NCBI GenBank assembly: GCA_030295235.1
Contig: AP026148.1
Span: forward strand, 310,001 to 374,000
Origin: Fistulifera solaris
Taxonomy: Eukaryota
Length of the DNA stretch: 64,000 bases
Reading direction: 5' to 3'
In this document: positions 23,567 to 36,606 of the stretch, in pieces
How the letters are laid out: each line of letters begins with the position of its first letter
Position numbering within the stretch: the stretch's first letter is position 1
Notes under the pieces: generated by a model
The model's database searches: none
Told to the model about the DNA's origin: nothing
The model's input: only the letters and a program-made list of their open reading frames with translations
Translations under genes and position numbers: made by a program

Positions 23567-26016
23567 ATGGCGACTGCTTACATGGATAGCAATCTACGGT
23601 CTGTCACACCCGCTATATCGAACTCAAGGTATGCGGGACGATTTCCCTCGGCCGGCCGCGGACAACAACCCGATCATGCTGGAGGATACACTCGACGTGA
23701 TGATACAATGGACGCGAGAGTGCCGTCGAGTACTGGTTTGATTCGATTAACGCTCAAGAAACCCATGGGGATCGTTTTTGAACCGATGTATGACCCGAAT
23801 CAACCGTCGGTGCAACGCGGAGTGCGCATTTGCGATTTACCCCGAACGGGCGCGGCGGCCTTGTCGCGAAAGCTGCAAATTGGTGATGAATTGCTGCAGA
23901 TTAATGAAACGACCGTGTCGCGAATGACATTCGATGAGATTATGGATTTCATCATCGAAGCCGATCCCGAATCTGTGAACCTCCTATTTCGTCGTCCAAA
24001 ACAGGAAGCACTCCAAGCGAGGCAAGGAGTACAGCAAAAGCCGAATGCGGCGACTAACAAAGATACGACGAGCACCGTCAAATGGGATGAAGCTGTGGAT
24101 ACCGAAAAGTCAAAAGACAAAAAGGGCGCCAAATACTCACGCAAGAAGAGAGCAAAGAAAGGATCCGTAAGTGAGGAAGAAGAAACATTGCAGAGCTCCG
24201 TTGCTGATTCGTACGAAAAGAGGGGACGACGCAAGAAGAACAAGTCGAGGCGAGGTGGTCCCTATGAGTCGGAATCGTTTTTGGACTTGCTGATCGATAC
24301 GATCTGCTCAAATACAAATGGGATCTGTCGCGACATTTACCGCAAAGATGACGATTATTCATATGAGGACGATAGTATGAGTGAATTTGACGAAGAAACT
24401 TACGCTACTTACGAAGAATCCATTGAGCGCCGGCCAGATAAATCGTCCAAGAAGAAATCAAAATACGATGATGAAACAGACATGGAATCAAGACGAAACC
24501 GCCGAAAAGAATCAAAGAACAAAGGCAGAGGGAGTTCGAAAAAGTACGAAGATGATGGAACTCTCGAAACTGTTGAGTCTTCGGATCGCTTGAAAGACGA
24601 GCGCCGAATGGCTCCGACTTCTCAACCGCATGGCCTGGTGCCGGAGCCTAAGTTGCAAATGCACTCACCCCCGATTCTTCCCGTCATTGTTGGCGAGGGA
24701 GATGACGAGATTAACCGTGCACCCATTCGAGAGCTGGAATATGAAGATGACAATGGAGCGGACGTTTCGGTGATGGAAAGCTTGGGTGGGCCATCACTTC
24801 TCATCGAGAAACAACGTACGGCAGCGCTTCAGTCACCTCAGCAATCTCAAACAGTCCCAAAAGAAATCATCGACAATTACGGATTGGATTATCTACCTGC
24901 ATATGGAATGACAAGGACACAAACCATTCAAAACGATCCTATCAAGTTTTATTCACATGTCGTAAAGCAACTATTGGAGAAGAACGAACCGGAAAAAGTG
25001 CGACTGCTGGATAAGCTTATGGCCAAGTACAAAGGCCGCGAAGACCATCTTGTTCAAAAACTGTCTGTACGCTACGACAAAGCTTCTGGTGGAGAAGTTG
25101 CTCAAAATGATAATCAGGACCCAAGTCGTGATGAAGTTGAATTCAGCGACGCTGTGAAGAAGTCAAAGGAAAGCTACAATGCTGCGGCCGCCGTTAACAT
25201 GGCGAGGGATCGCATGCACGCTGTTTCGCCGATTGGAGGTGGAATGCGTGACGATTGGCCAGAAAAAGAACATAAAGAAGAAGAGTATGATGATGTTCCG
25301 GAAGAAGGCAATTCCGTTAGTGGCTCCGAGTATTCTGGCGATTCTGTGGATGGCACCTCACCTGCGGTGATTGCCCAAGTATCTGAATTATTGAATTACG
25401 TGTATGGCAAGACATCGGTACCGGGACAGATTGACCGCGTTTCAACAATTATGCGTGCGTACGAGGGTCGCGAGGGAGTGCTTTTGGAGCTTTTGGAAAC
25501 CAAGGCGCTGATCAAGGCCAACAAAGAGAAAGAAAGTGAGGCTGACCTTCCGTCTTTCTTACGAAATTCCAATTCTTCACAAGCTTCACGGAATGCCGAG
25601 GATTTGAGTGGAGGAGGAAGTCTTCCACCAGTGACACCCATGGCCGCCACGCAAGGACAAGGGACGCTCATCAACGACGATATTTCCTCCATGAGCGGGG
25701 TCTCCAACCCGGCACCCGAGCCATATAACAGCAAGTATGGAATGGTAAGTTGCGCTACTTTGTTGATCGAATGATCTCATTAAATTTGTTCCTTACTAAC
25801 CATTCTTCTTTTTAGAATGAATATTCTCAGAAAGTAATGTCAGAGGATGAAGACACGGGACTGGAAGCTCCACGAACAGCCTCGTCTAAGGAGAGAAGTA
25901 GCGAATCTTCTCTGGACAAGGACAAGAAAAAGAAGAAGGGTCTATTCGGAGGGTTATTTGGGAAGAAGAAGGGTAAAGAGACTTCTCGGCCATCCTCGCG
26001 AATGAAAAAGCGCTGA
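23567..26016 (+). CDS. PDZ-domain protein; intron 25745-25815
   Basis: PDZ motif LKKPMGIVFE...GAAALSRKLQIGDELLQIN. Two helical repeats (VRLLDKLMAKYKGREDHL; IDRVSTIMRAYEGREGVL). Exon 2 is open to TGA at 26014-26016. Confidence 0.8.
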
Positions 26017-26468
26017 AGTGTGGAATAATATTTATATAGACTTGTTTCGTGCTCATGTATCATAGTATGCAAGGTGATATTCTTCGCAACTTCACTTCTT
26101 AATAACAATTCATTTTCTTCCATCTCTTATGACTTAATCTTTTTTTTCCTTTTGCGGTTAGTTTGGCGGTATCGAGTTAGCTATTGAATGATGTATCTTT
26201 TCTTCCGATGATTCACGATCCTAGTGAGATTGATCATTGCAACTTCCATAAAAAGGAGATGAGAAACCAGTGTCGTTGGGAATATTACAGTTGCGACGTC
26301 GTGCATCTTAGGGAATGTACCTTATCCTTAAACGACTCGAACTTCCTGAGATCTTTTCGCACGCGAGATGATTCGAACCCGAGGAACATCACGAAACTTC
26401 AACCTGTTATTGCTCTCACAAGCGTTCCTAATATTATTCTTCGTTACGGTAGGAAAACGTTGCTTGCA

Positions 26469-26500
26469 TTGATTTGATTTGATTTGATTTGATTTGATTC
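26469..26500. repeat. (GATTT)n pentanucleotide microsatellite immediately upstream of the SOUL ATG
   Basis: ttgatttgatttgatttgatttgatttgattc. Confidence 0.9.
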
Positions 26501-26511
26501 AATTCCGAACA

Positions 26512-27924
26512 ATGCGACTTCTTTTATTGCTGCCAGTCGTTTCGACGGCGTGGGTGATGCCTTGGAGAAGAAATCCCCACCAGGCCACAACGTTGGCTTC
26601 CTCCATGACGGATGATTTTGCGAATTTTGCAGCATCGTTAGAAGAAGAAACAGACACCCGTTCAACCATCACCAGTTCTTCTGCAACGAAAGATCCTATA
26701 ACCAAAAACAAATCATGGCAAGAAGATCTAGACGAATTTCTCAATCCTATGACACCCGCAGCGAGGAAACAAGTCTTGTTGAGCGATCTGGCCGGTGCGA
26801 ATTCGGATATTCAAGCGAGTATTCAATCGGCACTGCGCGATGGAACGGTACGTTTCGTTTTCTTTTTTTTGTGCTTTGAGAATTGAAAAGCCCATTCATC
26901 TCACGCTTCCCCATACTGCAGATTGATCCTCTACTGACACCACGGGGCAAACGACTGCAAGAGGGAACTCGTGCGGTCGCTCGACAAGTGGTCAGTGATA
27001 TTTTACCATCCTTGGCGAGTTCATTTCCTCCACCTTCGGTATCACAAGGACTCTTTCCTCCTCCGCCTTTTCCTTTTCCACCGGCGGAAGATATCAATCG
27101 TCTGGGAACACGTGTCTTCAATGCGTTACAGAACCAAATTCAAACGGGCTTGAAAAATTTACAAGAAGATTTGCAGGATCCGACGACCCGTATTCCGCAA
27201 CGATTGTCGCAACAAACGGAAGAAATATTACAAGAAGCGGGGAATGTATTCTCGGAGACACCTGCAGGTTTGAAAGAACCACCTTACACGGTGGTCGCGA
27301 CGACTGAAGCCTACGAGATTCGTGATTATGAAGGTTATAAAGTGGCGATTACCAATATGATGATGACGGGGACGGACGACCCTTACTTTACCCCCCAATA
27401 CGAGTAACTTAGCTGAGCAAGGCCGAGCCTTCAACTCTTTGGCGGCTTATCTCTTTGGAGCCAATCGACAAAAAGAAGTCTTGGATATGACCACGCCTGT
27501 GACCACCACCATGTCCGGCGAAATGCGTTTTTATATTGATAGCATCAATCCTCCCGAGCCGTTGGAACAAGATGAAAGCAAGAATGTATACGAGACGGAT
27601 ACGATTCGTATTGAGGAAATTCCTCCCGCTCGTTTAGCGGTGCGTCGGTTTTACGGATTTGTAACGCAAGGCGAAGTGGCGCGACAAAAGGAAGCGTTAT
27701 TGACGGCTTTGGCTCTCGATGGAGACTACGAATTGGACGTCGCACACGGACAAACCGTGAAGCATCTCATATTCCAATACAATCCACCTTACACCATTCC
27801 GGTCGTTCGCCGCAACGAAATCGCGGTTCCCATTAGTCGCGTCAGTGAAGTTGAGGCGCAAGAAAGCGCCGATCGAATTTCCGAAAATTGGATCTCTCCT
27901 TCGGACGGCGAGTCGGAGAGCTAA
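26512..27924 (+). CDS. SOUL heme-binding family protein with a signal/transit peptide; intron 26848-26921; frameshift at the C6 run 27391-27396
   Basis: Motifs LKEPPYTVV...YEIRDYE, (GRAFNSL)AAYLFGAN, MTTPV, RLAVRRFYG, QYNPPYT...RRNEIAVP. Confidence 0.88.
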
Positions 27925-28121
27925 TCCGATTTTTCTTTAGCAACCCGAAACGCCCGTGTTACAAAACCATAATGTAAATTGAAAAAGTAGACGTTGTCAC
28001 ATCTTTACTACAAGAATACGCGTACAGCCTGGTGTTTCTCATTTAGTTCTCTTTCTCAATCAATACTTGAAACTTTGTTCAATTATTTGTCAGCGTATCT
28101 CGTTAATTATCTTTCGGCAAC

Positions 28122-29549
28122 TCAGAATCCGAAATACTTATCTCCGCCATCGTAGGCCGGGTCTCGTTTTCGAAAACCGGTTTCAAACACCACACCCGAC
28201 ACTTTCACACCGCAATCTTCAATCAGTGTTTCGGTCCAACATTTCATCCCAAACTTATTCTTCATGAGTCCGTGATAATGAAAGCGAAAAACGCTCCCTT
28301 CATCGTGAGTATCAATCGACAATAGTTCGACCGAAGATCCCAAAATATTCAAAGCCGTTTGGATGGACTCGACAATTTCTGGATCACATTCTCCTTTCCG
28401 TAAGGTTCCAACCAGTGTTTGATACTTTTCGTACGGAGCCCGCTGTTGTTGATGCCACGCCAGGGATACTTCTTCCGGCATCCATTCGGCATTTTTTGCA
28501 CGGGCCAATTCGACGGCTTTGACGCGGGCCCGGTGCGGATCGAGTGCATCAAAATCAGTTTTGTCTTGCGGGTCCGTGAATCGATTGTTGGTGTATTCTT
28601 TGGGTTCAAAGTACATTTGTTCCGGATAACCGTGCCAACGCGCCACGTGACGAGGAATCTCCATGTCGGGGAGGAAGGGATCGACGTAGGTTTCCATGAC
28701 TTCCAAGGACTTGCGGAATTGTACGACATCTTCATTGTATTGAATTTCGGGATCGCCTTTGGGGAATCGTTGCGGGACCATGGAATCATCTTTCGTCCGG
28801 GCATCAATCATGAAGGAATCGCGAGATCCCAAAATGGCGCGCGTATCCACCGGATTGGAAGGACCAAAGATGGGATCGTATCCAATTTCGACACCATCTT
28901 CATTTTTTTCGGTCTCCTCCAAATACTGTACATTCTCTTGATTCATGGCCGCAATGTTGGGATCCATTTCTCCCGACAAGGGATCCCATTCATAATCAAA
29001 TCGACTCCGCAAGTCTTGAATCGTCCAAGTTCCCAACGCATCCGCATCGATCGCATCCGGATCGTTGCTATCGAATTGGGCCTTTTCATCTTGTTCCAAA
29101 TTGCCGTAATTTTGGAGACCCTTGTAGGAGCGTTTTTTGTCCACAATTTCTTGTTCGATGCGGGCCTTGATGGCCAATTGTTCTTCCGTTTCAATAATAG
29201 CACCGGGACGTCCTCCCGTCAAATCACCCAACAAGCGTTCATCCACATGACGGGGAGCAAAATATTGTGGTGCATCGTCGGTAGTGCCGCGTAATTTGGA
29301 TGACGTGGCTGTTGAGACGGATGGTGTGGTTATCTCCTTGACGACGGTGGCTTTGGCTGTCTTGGCTGTTTTGGAGGATGTTGTGCTAGTTTTGCTCTTA
29401 CTTTTGTTCTTCTTCTTTTTATTATTATTGCTGCTGGATCCTTTGGGACTACTTTCGAGCGCGATCGATGTTCTTCCTCGGACACGAGAATGCGGAACCA
29501 TAAACGCCTGTGCCGTCAGGAACGAAAGAAGAACAATCGCTGCTTTCAT
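28122..29549 (-). CDS. Hypothetical plastid-targeted protein (475 aa)
   Basis: Intact long ORF with signal peptide MKAAIVLLSFLTAQA-F, then a Ser/Arg-rich transit region. Confidence 0.75.
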   Translation of the reverse strand: MKAAIVLLSFLTAQAFMVPHSRVRGRTSIALESSPKGSSSNNNKKKKNKSKSKTSTTSSKTAKTAKATVVKEITTPSVSTATSSKLRGTTDDAPQYFAPRHVDERLLGDLTGGRPGAIIETEEQLAIKARIEQEIVDKKRSYKGLQNYGNLEQDEKAQFDSNDPDAIDADALGTWTIQDLRSRFDYEWDPLSGEMDPNIAAMNQENVQYLEETEKNEDGVEIGYDPIFGPSNPVDTRAILGSRDSFMIDARTKDDSMVPQRFPKGDPEIQYNEDVVQFRKSLEVMETYVDPFLPDMEIPRHVARWHGYPEQMYFEPKEYTNNRFTDPQDKTDFDALDPHRARVKAVELARAKNAEWMPEEVSLAWHQQQRAPYEKYQTLVGTLRKGECDPEIVESIQTALNILGSSVELLSIDTHDEGSVFRFHYHGLMKNKFGMKCWTETLIEDCGVKVSGVVFETGFRKRDPAYDGGDKYFGF

Positions 29550-29941
29550 TCTTTTTTTTCTGGTTGTGTAGGACGAGCGTGTTTAAAACTGTATCACTTA
29601 TTAGTTCTATAGATGCTTGTTGAATAGCTGCTTGTCGTTTCCTTTATTTACAAATGGAAAAGAAGATAGGGTCCGTTGATTGATTGACGTTGATGGGTCG
29701 AAGTCGAAGAACATCAACAAATAAAATCAAAATGGCGTGTTGTTTGTTGTGTGGTGCAGAATCGGCGTATCTGCCCTCTACTTGAAACACTACAGTGACC
29801 TTTTCAAGTGGTACTCACTTGCTTATTCCTACCCTTATACTTACTGTACTGCGGTTATCTGTGGTTATTTATTCGTCATTCCCTACGGACCTTTGGATAG
29901 ATAACTCTAGAGAGACTCTAGTTTCAACGAAACGATTCATT

Positions 29942-32336
29942 CTAAATACGCTTAATATGACGAATGCCCAACAAATCAAAGCACTGGTGCATGGCAAGTG
30001 TCGTGGCGTGACACAGCAACAAACGATTCGACATTTCGGGATCGCCCAACACGCGGCATTTCGTCACAAATTCCGAGGCCGCATTGGCGAGCTTGTACAC
30101 GTAATCACAAATGTGGTACGGATACAAGTCATCCAAGGTTTGTTCCATGACGTCGGCATATTTTTGTAAATGCAATACCAGGTTGCGTTCCGAGGGATGC
30201 GTAATTTTGATGGGGTGTTGGTGGCGCAGCAAGTCTTCCACGTCCACGTTGAATTCGGCCTTGGCCTTGGCGGCAATACTTTCCAAACGAACACGAGCGT
30301 ACAACAAATACACTGCCGTATCACCACTCGTCGAAAGCATTTCATCGTAACTGAACTTGTAACTGCTGGTCGGATTTCGGCGCAAATCGTAGTATTTGAC
30401 GGCTCCGTATCCAATGGCTTCCGCGACTTCGTGGACTTCCTCTTCGGTAATGTTGGCCTTGCCTTCTTGAATGCGTTCGCGTAATTTGCTTTCCATCCGA
30501 CTCACGGATTCGTCCAGCAAATCGACCAAGCGGACGGTTTCACCGGATCTGGTTTTGAAGCGTTTGCCATCTTCGCCGTTGACGGTCCCAAAACCAATGT
30601 GTTTCAATCGCTGACCACCCTGGAGCCAGCCAATTTCTTTGCCGCCCGCAAAGACCAATTTGAAGTGATCATTCTGACCTAGATCGGTAATGGCAATGAT
30701 ACGGTCGGCTTTCAATTCAAAGAGACGATACTTGAGAGCCGCCATGTCGGTGGAATCGTATCCGTAGCCACCATCGGATTTTTTGCAACATAAGGGGGAC
30801 TTTCATCCCTTCCACAAAGACACATTTGGCACCGCCTTCTTCAATCGACAAACGCCCCGCTTTCTCAAATTCTTCAATGACGGCAGGAATTTTGGGATTG
30901 TAAAAGGATTCGCCACATTCCTTGACGTTCACGTCGAGTCGCTGGTATACCTTTTCAAATTCCAAACGCGAAACATCACAGAGCATTTTCCATATTTTCA
31001 AACACTGCGGATCGCCCGACTGCAATTCCACCACGTTGGTTTGCGATGTCTTCTTAAAGTCCGCATCGGCATCAAAACGGGCCTTGGCGTTTTTGTAAAA
31101 TTCCGTCAAATCGGAAATATTGGGCAATGTGCCGTCGTTATCCTGGTCAATAACGTGCGGATATTCTTCTTTCAAATACTGAATGAGCATCCCAAATTGC
31201 GTGCCCCAATCACCGACATGATTCACGCGATGAACATAATGTCCGGCGGCTTCCAAAACACGACACACGGATTCACCGATAATAGTGGATCGTAAATGTC
31301 CCACGTGCATTTCCTTGGCAATGTTGGGGGACGAGAAATCCACGACACACGTTTCGTTTTGGGAAATGGGTGGAAAGGGTAATTTGCCGGCTGACAACCA
31401 CCCATTGATGTGTTGTTCCAAATACGTAGGTTGCAATCGACAGAGAACAAATCCGGGTCCGTTGACTTGCAAATCCATCAAGATGGGATGTTCCGATCCC
31501 ACACTTTGCACAATGGCTTGCGCGACATCTTGTGGTGATTTGTATTCCGACGACGAGCCCTGCTGCTTTTTCAAATAAGCAAAGGTCGGCATGGCCGCAT
31601 TGCATTGGAAATCACCATGTTGGGTATTTTGACAGGGTTGTGTAATATTTCCCGGTAACGAAATGTCATTTCCAAAGAGCTGGCGAATAATTTTATCAAA
31701 AATCAAATCCACCACTTTACTGAGACGCGGTTCGAAGCAAGCCAAAGCTTTTTGCGCCGTTGTCAACGCGGACTGATGGATTTGGACGTATTGTTGCACT
31801 TCCGGTGGAAAGGAGGCCGTAGGGAGGGTTGAAAGTGTCGTTAGGATACAAATATCGGCGACGGTCAAGGACGCACCCACCAATTGCGGTCGCGACAAGG
31901 ATTGCGCTAAATGTGTCAATCCGGTGAGAGGATCGACTCGTAGTACCGTTCGTTCCCATTCCAACCATTCTTCAATCATCATTTGTTCGGGAAAGGTTGT
32001 TTTGGAAGCTGAAAACGCAATGGCTTGGGCCATGGCATTTCCTCCGCCAAAGATAGTTTCGGTGCCGTACTGGAGGACGGCATGACGAGATGTGGCCGTT
32101 ACACCGGATACCAAGGGGACTTGATAAAGTTGGGCCGTCCAAAGGACTTTGAGTGACGCACTATCGTCCATGGAAGCATTCAATAACGTCCATTTGGGTA
32201 AAAAGACGGGAGTTTCGACAGAAGGGGCTTCGACGATGGGAGTCGTTGTCACTTTGTGACTGTTTTTGGCTTGAGCCTTTTCGGCTTTCTTTTGCATCTT
32301 TTTCTGCTGTCCTTTCGACAGTCCTTCTTCTGACAT
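29942..32336 (-). CDS. RARS: Arginyl-tRNA synthetase with an N-terminal GST-like extension; frameshift at the T7 run 30779-30785
   Basis: Motifs VVDFSSPNIAKEMHVGHLRST, NHVGDWGTQFG, GESFYN, FKTRSG, GYGAVKYYDL, GDTAVYLLYA, and the DALR anticodon domain at the C-terminus. Confidence 0.96.
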
Positions 32337-32936
32337 TGTAGTTGTCGCGTTTTGTTACGAGATGAATGAATGGACGAATGAAGACTGGAAAAATCTCTCG
32401 TAGTGCAATTATTACTTGGAGAAGGAAAGATAAAACCAACCTGTCTCTCTCGTCTCTCGTTTCGACCACGAAATTCGGATATGTCGGACATCTGGACAGG
32501 CGATGCCATTTGAGGGTGTGACGTGGCACGTGGCAAACGAGTGCGCTTGGTCTGGTTTGTTGAGCTCAAACGACGAAACTTGTTTTTTTTTTCTATTGAT
32601 GATCTATCAGTCTATCAGTATTTAGCGATCATTTATCATTGGTGAGCTTGCGGTATTCATCACGGTCTTGATGTCCGTGCAACGCGAAGAGTGAACATGG
32701 CACATGGCACGATAAAACACTCATGACTGAAACCCAGTCGTAAAAAAAATCAACCGACACTACTGGTACGGAACTATATCGTAGCTTTTAATCGAACATA
32801 TTGCAGGAAGAACTAAGAAGTTGTTTGTCTAGCTACTCTATTTTTGAAAAGCAAACAACCAGCGGGATATCGCATAGCTGGCATTAGTACTACTCTTAAC
32901 AGGCTATTATTAGTATTGCTATTATTATTACAGTCA

Positions 32937-34099
32937 TTACAGTCGACTCGTATTCAAAGGCGGTGGATACTCCTGGAGTAGTTGTTGCGCCTGTTGCACA
33001 ATTTGGGGCAACAAGGCACCAACTTGTCCTGCCGCGGCACTACTCGCGACACCCTGTTGATAGCGTTGTGCGACCCCTTGCACAATGACCGCATTTTTGA
33101 AAAACAAAAGGATAAATAAAAGCCACTCCACGCCCACGCAGTGTCGAAATCGGGCTTACTGGGACAGTACATTTGCACGAGTTCGTGGCGCGAGGGAATG
33201 CCCGGTACCGTCCGACCGGCAATGCCGGAAATCCCCACATGGTCGGGAGCGATAAAATACATCATGGCGAGATTGGCGAGATCGCAAAGACCATCCCCGA
33301 GTGTACTGAGTTCCCAATCCAAAATGGCAATGATGCGAGGTTCGGTCGGATGAAACACCAAATTGTCCACTTTGAAGTCACCATGCAACAACGATATCTT
33401 GGATTGCGGACACTGTTGGGCATATCGGACCAATTGCTGGGCCAATGCGGGAATCATCAGGTTCGGATCCTCTTCGTTCATCATCAAAGTTGCCTGTCGA
33501 CGACTGACGGCCATTAATCGCTCCAATTGCCGTTCCACATACCGACCTGGTTTTCCATAATCAGCCAAACCCAATTGTTTCCAATCCACGGTATGATGCA
33601 AATTTTTCAGAACCGCAATAGTATTTTGAAAGGCGGCTCGTCGATCGTGTTCCGAAAGACCCGGCAAGGCCGGATCGGTAAAGATGCGTCCGGGCACAAA
33701 TTCCATAATATAAAATTCCGCACCCACTATGGATGTATCGGTACAATACGCATAGACCATGGGAACTGGCACGGATTGTGCCGGATATTGTTGATTGTGC
33801 TGTTGCAAGGCCCGCAAAATACGATATTCGCGATGCAAGGCGTGGGCAGATGCGTGGACTGTGATGGATGGTTTCTTTCGTAATACGAGTGTGCATTTGT
33901 CGAACATCAATTGATACGTAGGATTGGATTGTCCGAATCCGAATTGACGGATTGAAAGACGTGATTGTTGTGTTGGAAAAGGCGACAATCGAATTGACAA
34001 GTTTGGTTGTTGGGACATCCATTGACACAAGGAATCGACATCGAGAGGTTCGCGGACCGGAGTCGTCGCTTGACCCTGATCACCTTGTTGTTGTATCAT
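32937..34099 (-). CDS. Stand-alone ACAD10/ACAD11-type phosphotransferase (APH/choline-kinase-like) with C-terminal PTS1 (SRL); frameshift at about 33100-33110
   Basis: Motifs RQFGFGQSNPTY, VLRKKP, SAHALHREY, FYIMEFVPGRIF, HGDFKVDN, LDWELSTLG. The shifted frame gives FKNAVIVQGVAQR...G.ASS...NTSRL*. Confidence 0.88.
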
Positions 34100-34563
34100 A
34101 ATGCTAGAAAGTTATTGTTTTTAACAAAAAATAATAATCATTAATGCTTATTATGAATGATTGGAAAGAAAATGTCATCCTCCCTGTCATGTCACGGTCA
34201 CATCGTTTGCGATGGGTTTCATTCCCGACCTAGCGGTACCACAAAGACAAAACAATGGTTATACACAAAACGAAAGTGTACATCCCATGACATTGTACGA
34301 AAGAGCGTATAGAATATAGTGAAAGAGATCGGCATTCCAACAGATAGTCACAATAAGTGATATCTATAAAAATGTAGTTGACTGGCACTCAAGTCAACCT
34401 CTTCCTTTCGAACCGGTTCGGTGCCCATCCGTCGCATTCCTGGTTGTTGGTATGGTGAGGACGACTAACTCGAAAAAGATATATATTATCCATTATTTGT
34501 TGTTGCAATTCATCTATCTATCTTTCTTGTATTATTCTTGTCATTTTTTTATTCTTGAAAGAC

Positions 34564-35404
34564 ATGGATACTGTAATCGGAGTACAATACAAAGACGGTG
34601 GTGAGTGACTTCCATTTTGTTTGAATTGAGGCAGGAATTCTTCTTTGAGTTGTTGTTGTTGGTGTTGTTGGTGTTGTTGTTGTTTGAAAATGTTCAACTG
34701 ATTTTTTGATTTTGATTTCCTATAAATTACCTACAGTGATCATTGCTGCGGATCAAGCTAATGCACGATCAATTTTGATCTATCAGTCGAATTTGGATAA
34801 AATCAAACAACTCACGTCGCATTCTGCCATGGGTGTTTCGGGACCGAATTGTGATTTGGTGCAATTCACCGAGTAAGTTTGTCGACACAAGAACGCCATA
34901 AATTTTTTGTCCTATTTTTGGTTGGTTTGTGCGCCATCTCATCTCATTTCATTTCTCTCTCTCTTGAATAGATACATTTCGAAAAATTTGCAACTGTACG
35001 AACTCCGACATGAGGGTACCAAATTATCAACGAAAGCCCAAGCCAATTTTTGTCGCAATGAATTGGCGGTCGCTCTCCGCAAAGGTCCGTATCAAGTGAG
35101 TGCCTTGTTGGGAGGTTTTGATTTGACGACGCAAAAGCCGTCGTTGTATTATTTGGATTACATGGGCACGTTGCAAAAAGTCCCGTTCGGGGCCCAGGGT
35201 TACGCCCAATACTTTACCTTATCAACGATGGATCGAGAATATCGCGAGAATTTAGATGAAACGGCTGCACTCGACATAATCGGCAAGGCCATTCATGAAT
35301 TGCAGTCGCGGTTTTTGATCAAGCAGAACAATTTTATCATTAAAGTGATTGATCAAGATGGGGTACGAGTTCACAGTCAGGGTGCGGATCCGGCGGATAC
35401 GTAA
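34564..35404 (+). CDS. PSMB2: 20S proteasome subunit beta type-2 (beta4); exons 34564-34600, 34737-34872, 34972-35404
   Basis: The spliced sequence reads MDTVIGVQYKDGVIIAADQANARSI...QFTEYISKNLQLY...ANFCRNELA...PSLYYLDYMG. Both introns are canonical. Confidence 0.93.
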
Positions 35405-35675
35405 AGAATGAATAGTTTCTATCTAAGCTAAGTATAGTGCAAATGGATAGATACACGAATCCTCGTGTAGGTCGAAGGATGAGCCAAGAATGGTTTGAAA
35501 AAGAAGGAGATGATCATCGAGTTTGACGGAGGAGTCTTGAGTGCGTACGACTGACTCGTGATTCATTCGGTCTTGTTTGGAGTACAGTGTACAGTCCCTC
35601 GCACATACTACGTAGTATACTCGAGCTACTAGTACGGCTGTACGACAAAAAACACCGCCTGTACCAGTAACGAGA

Positions 35676-35862
35676 CTGAGAGAGAGAGAGGGAGAGGTCA
35701 TTGTTGATGTTGTTGTTGTTGTTGTCGTTGTAGTTATTTGTCATTCCTCTGTCGTGAGTCGTGAGGTGCCACAACAAGTCTTTTTTTTGAAAAAGAAACA
35801 TTCAATTGATTGTTTATTCCTTATCGAATTGCTCGAATCGAATCGAATCGAATCGAATCGAA
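35676..35862. repeat. Cluster of microsatellites, (GA)n, (GTT)n and (CGAAT)n, upstream of RER1
   Basis: gagagagagagag at about 35678-35690, gttgttgttgttgttg at about 35709-35724, cgaatcgaatcgaatcgaatcgaatcgaa at 35834-35862. Confidence 0.85.
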
Positions 35863-35871
35863 CGCTTTATC

Positions 35872-36541
35872 ATGATGGAAGGAACGGATGAAGACAGCCG
35901 ACCGTCGGCGGAGCAAACACGTGCCAATCGTAAGTGGTTACAGTAGGATTTGTTTGTGCATTGCATGAAACAAACAACCTTTTTCCAACATACTCACCGT
36001 CCTTTCTGTAGTGCAACGAGCTATCCAGTATTGGTTAGATAAATCAACGATTCACACGGGTCCTCGATGGGTATTCTTTGCCTTCGTGTTGGCCCTCTTC
36101 TTTCTCCGAATTTACATGGCGAATGGTTATTTTATTGTGGCGTACGGACTGGGTATTTTCCTTCTCAACAACTTTATTGCCTTTTTGTCGCCGATGGATG
36201 ATCCCACTGAAGATGATGGCTTACGGCTACCGACCTCCGATTCGGAAGGCAAAGAATTCCGGCCCTTTACGCGACGGTTGCCCGAATTCAAATTCTGGTT
36301 GGCGTGTACGCGAGGAACGTTGACGGCCTTTCTCATGACCTTCTTTTCCATCTTTGATATTCCGGTATTTTGGCCCATCTTGCTCATGTACTTTTTCATT
36401 CTATTCTTCATGACCATGAAACGACAAATCATGCACATGTACAAGCACAAATATATTCCCATTAGTTTCGGGAAAGCCAAGTACAAAGATGCGGGCGTCG
36501 AACATGGCATGTATGGTGGAGGAATGGGAAAGAAACGATAA
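35872..36541 (+). CDS. RER1: RER1 (retrieval of ER membrane proteins); intron 35930-36011
   Basis: Motifs QYWLDKST..RW, YGLGIFLLNNFIAFLSP, EFRPFTRRLPEFKFW, DIPVFWPILL, TMKRQIMHMYKHKYIP. Confidence 0.96.
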
Positions 36542-36606
36542 GTAAAAAAAAACTCTAAATAGTAGCGCATCATATTTTTTGGAAAAACGTTACTCCCCAT
36601 GAACAA

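Noticed and set aside
26365..26385. GGTTCGAATC (minus strand) resembling a tRNA T-loop/B-box
   Set aside because: The flanks do not form a T-stem or acceptor stem, and there is no cloverleaf.
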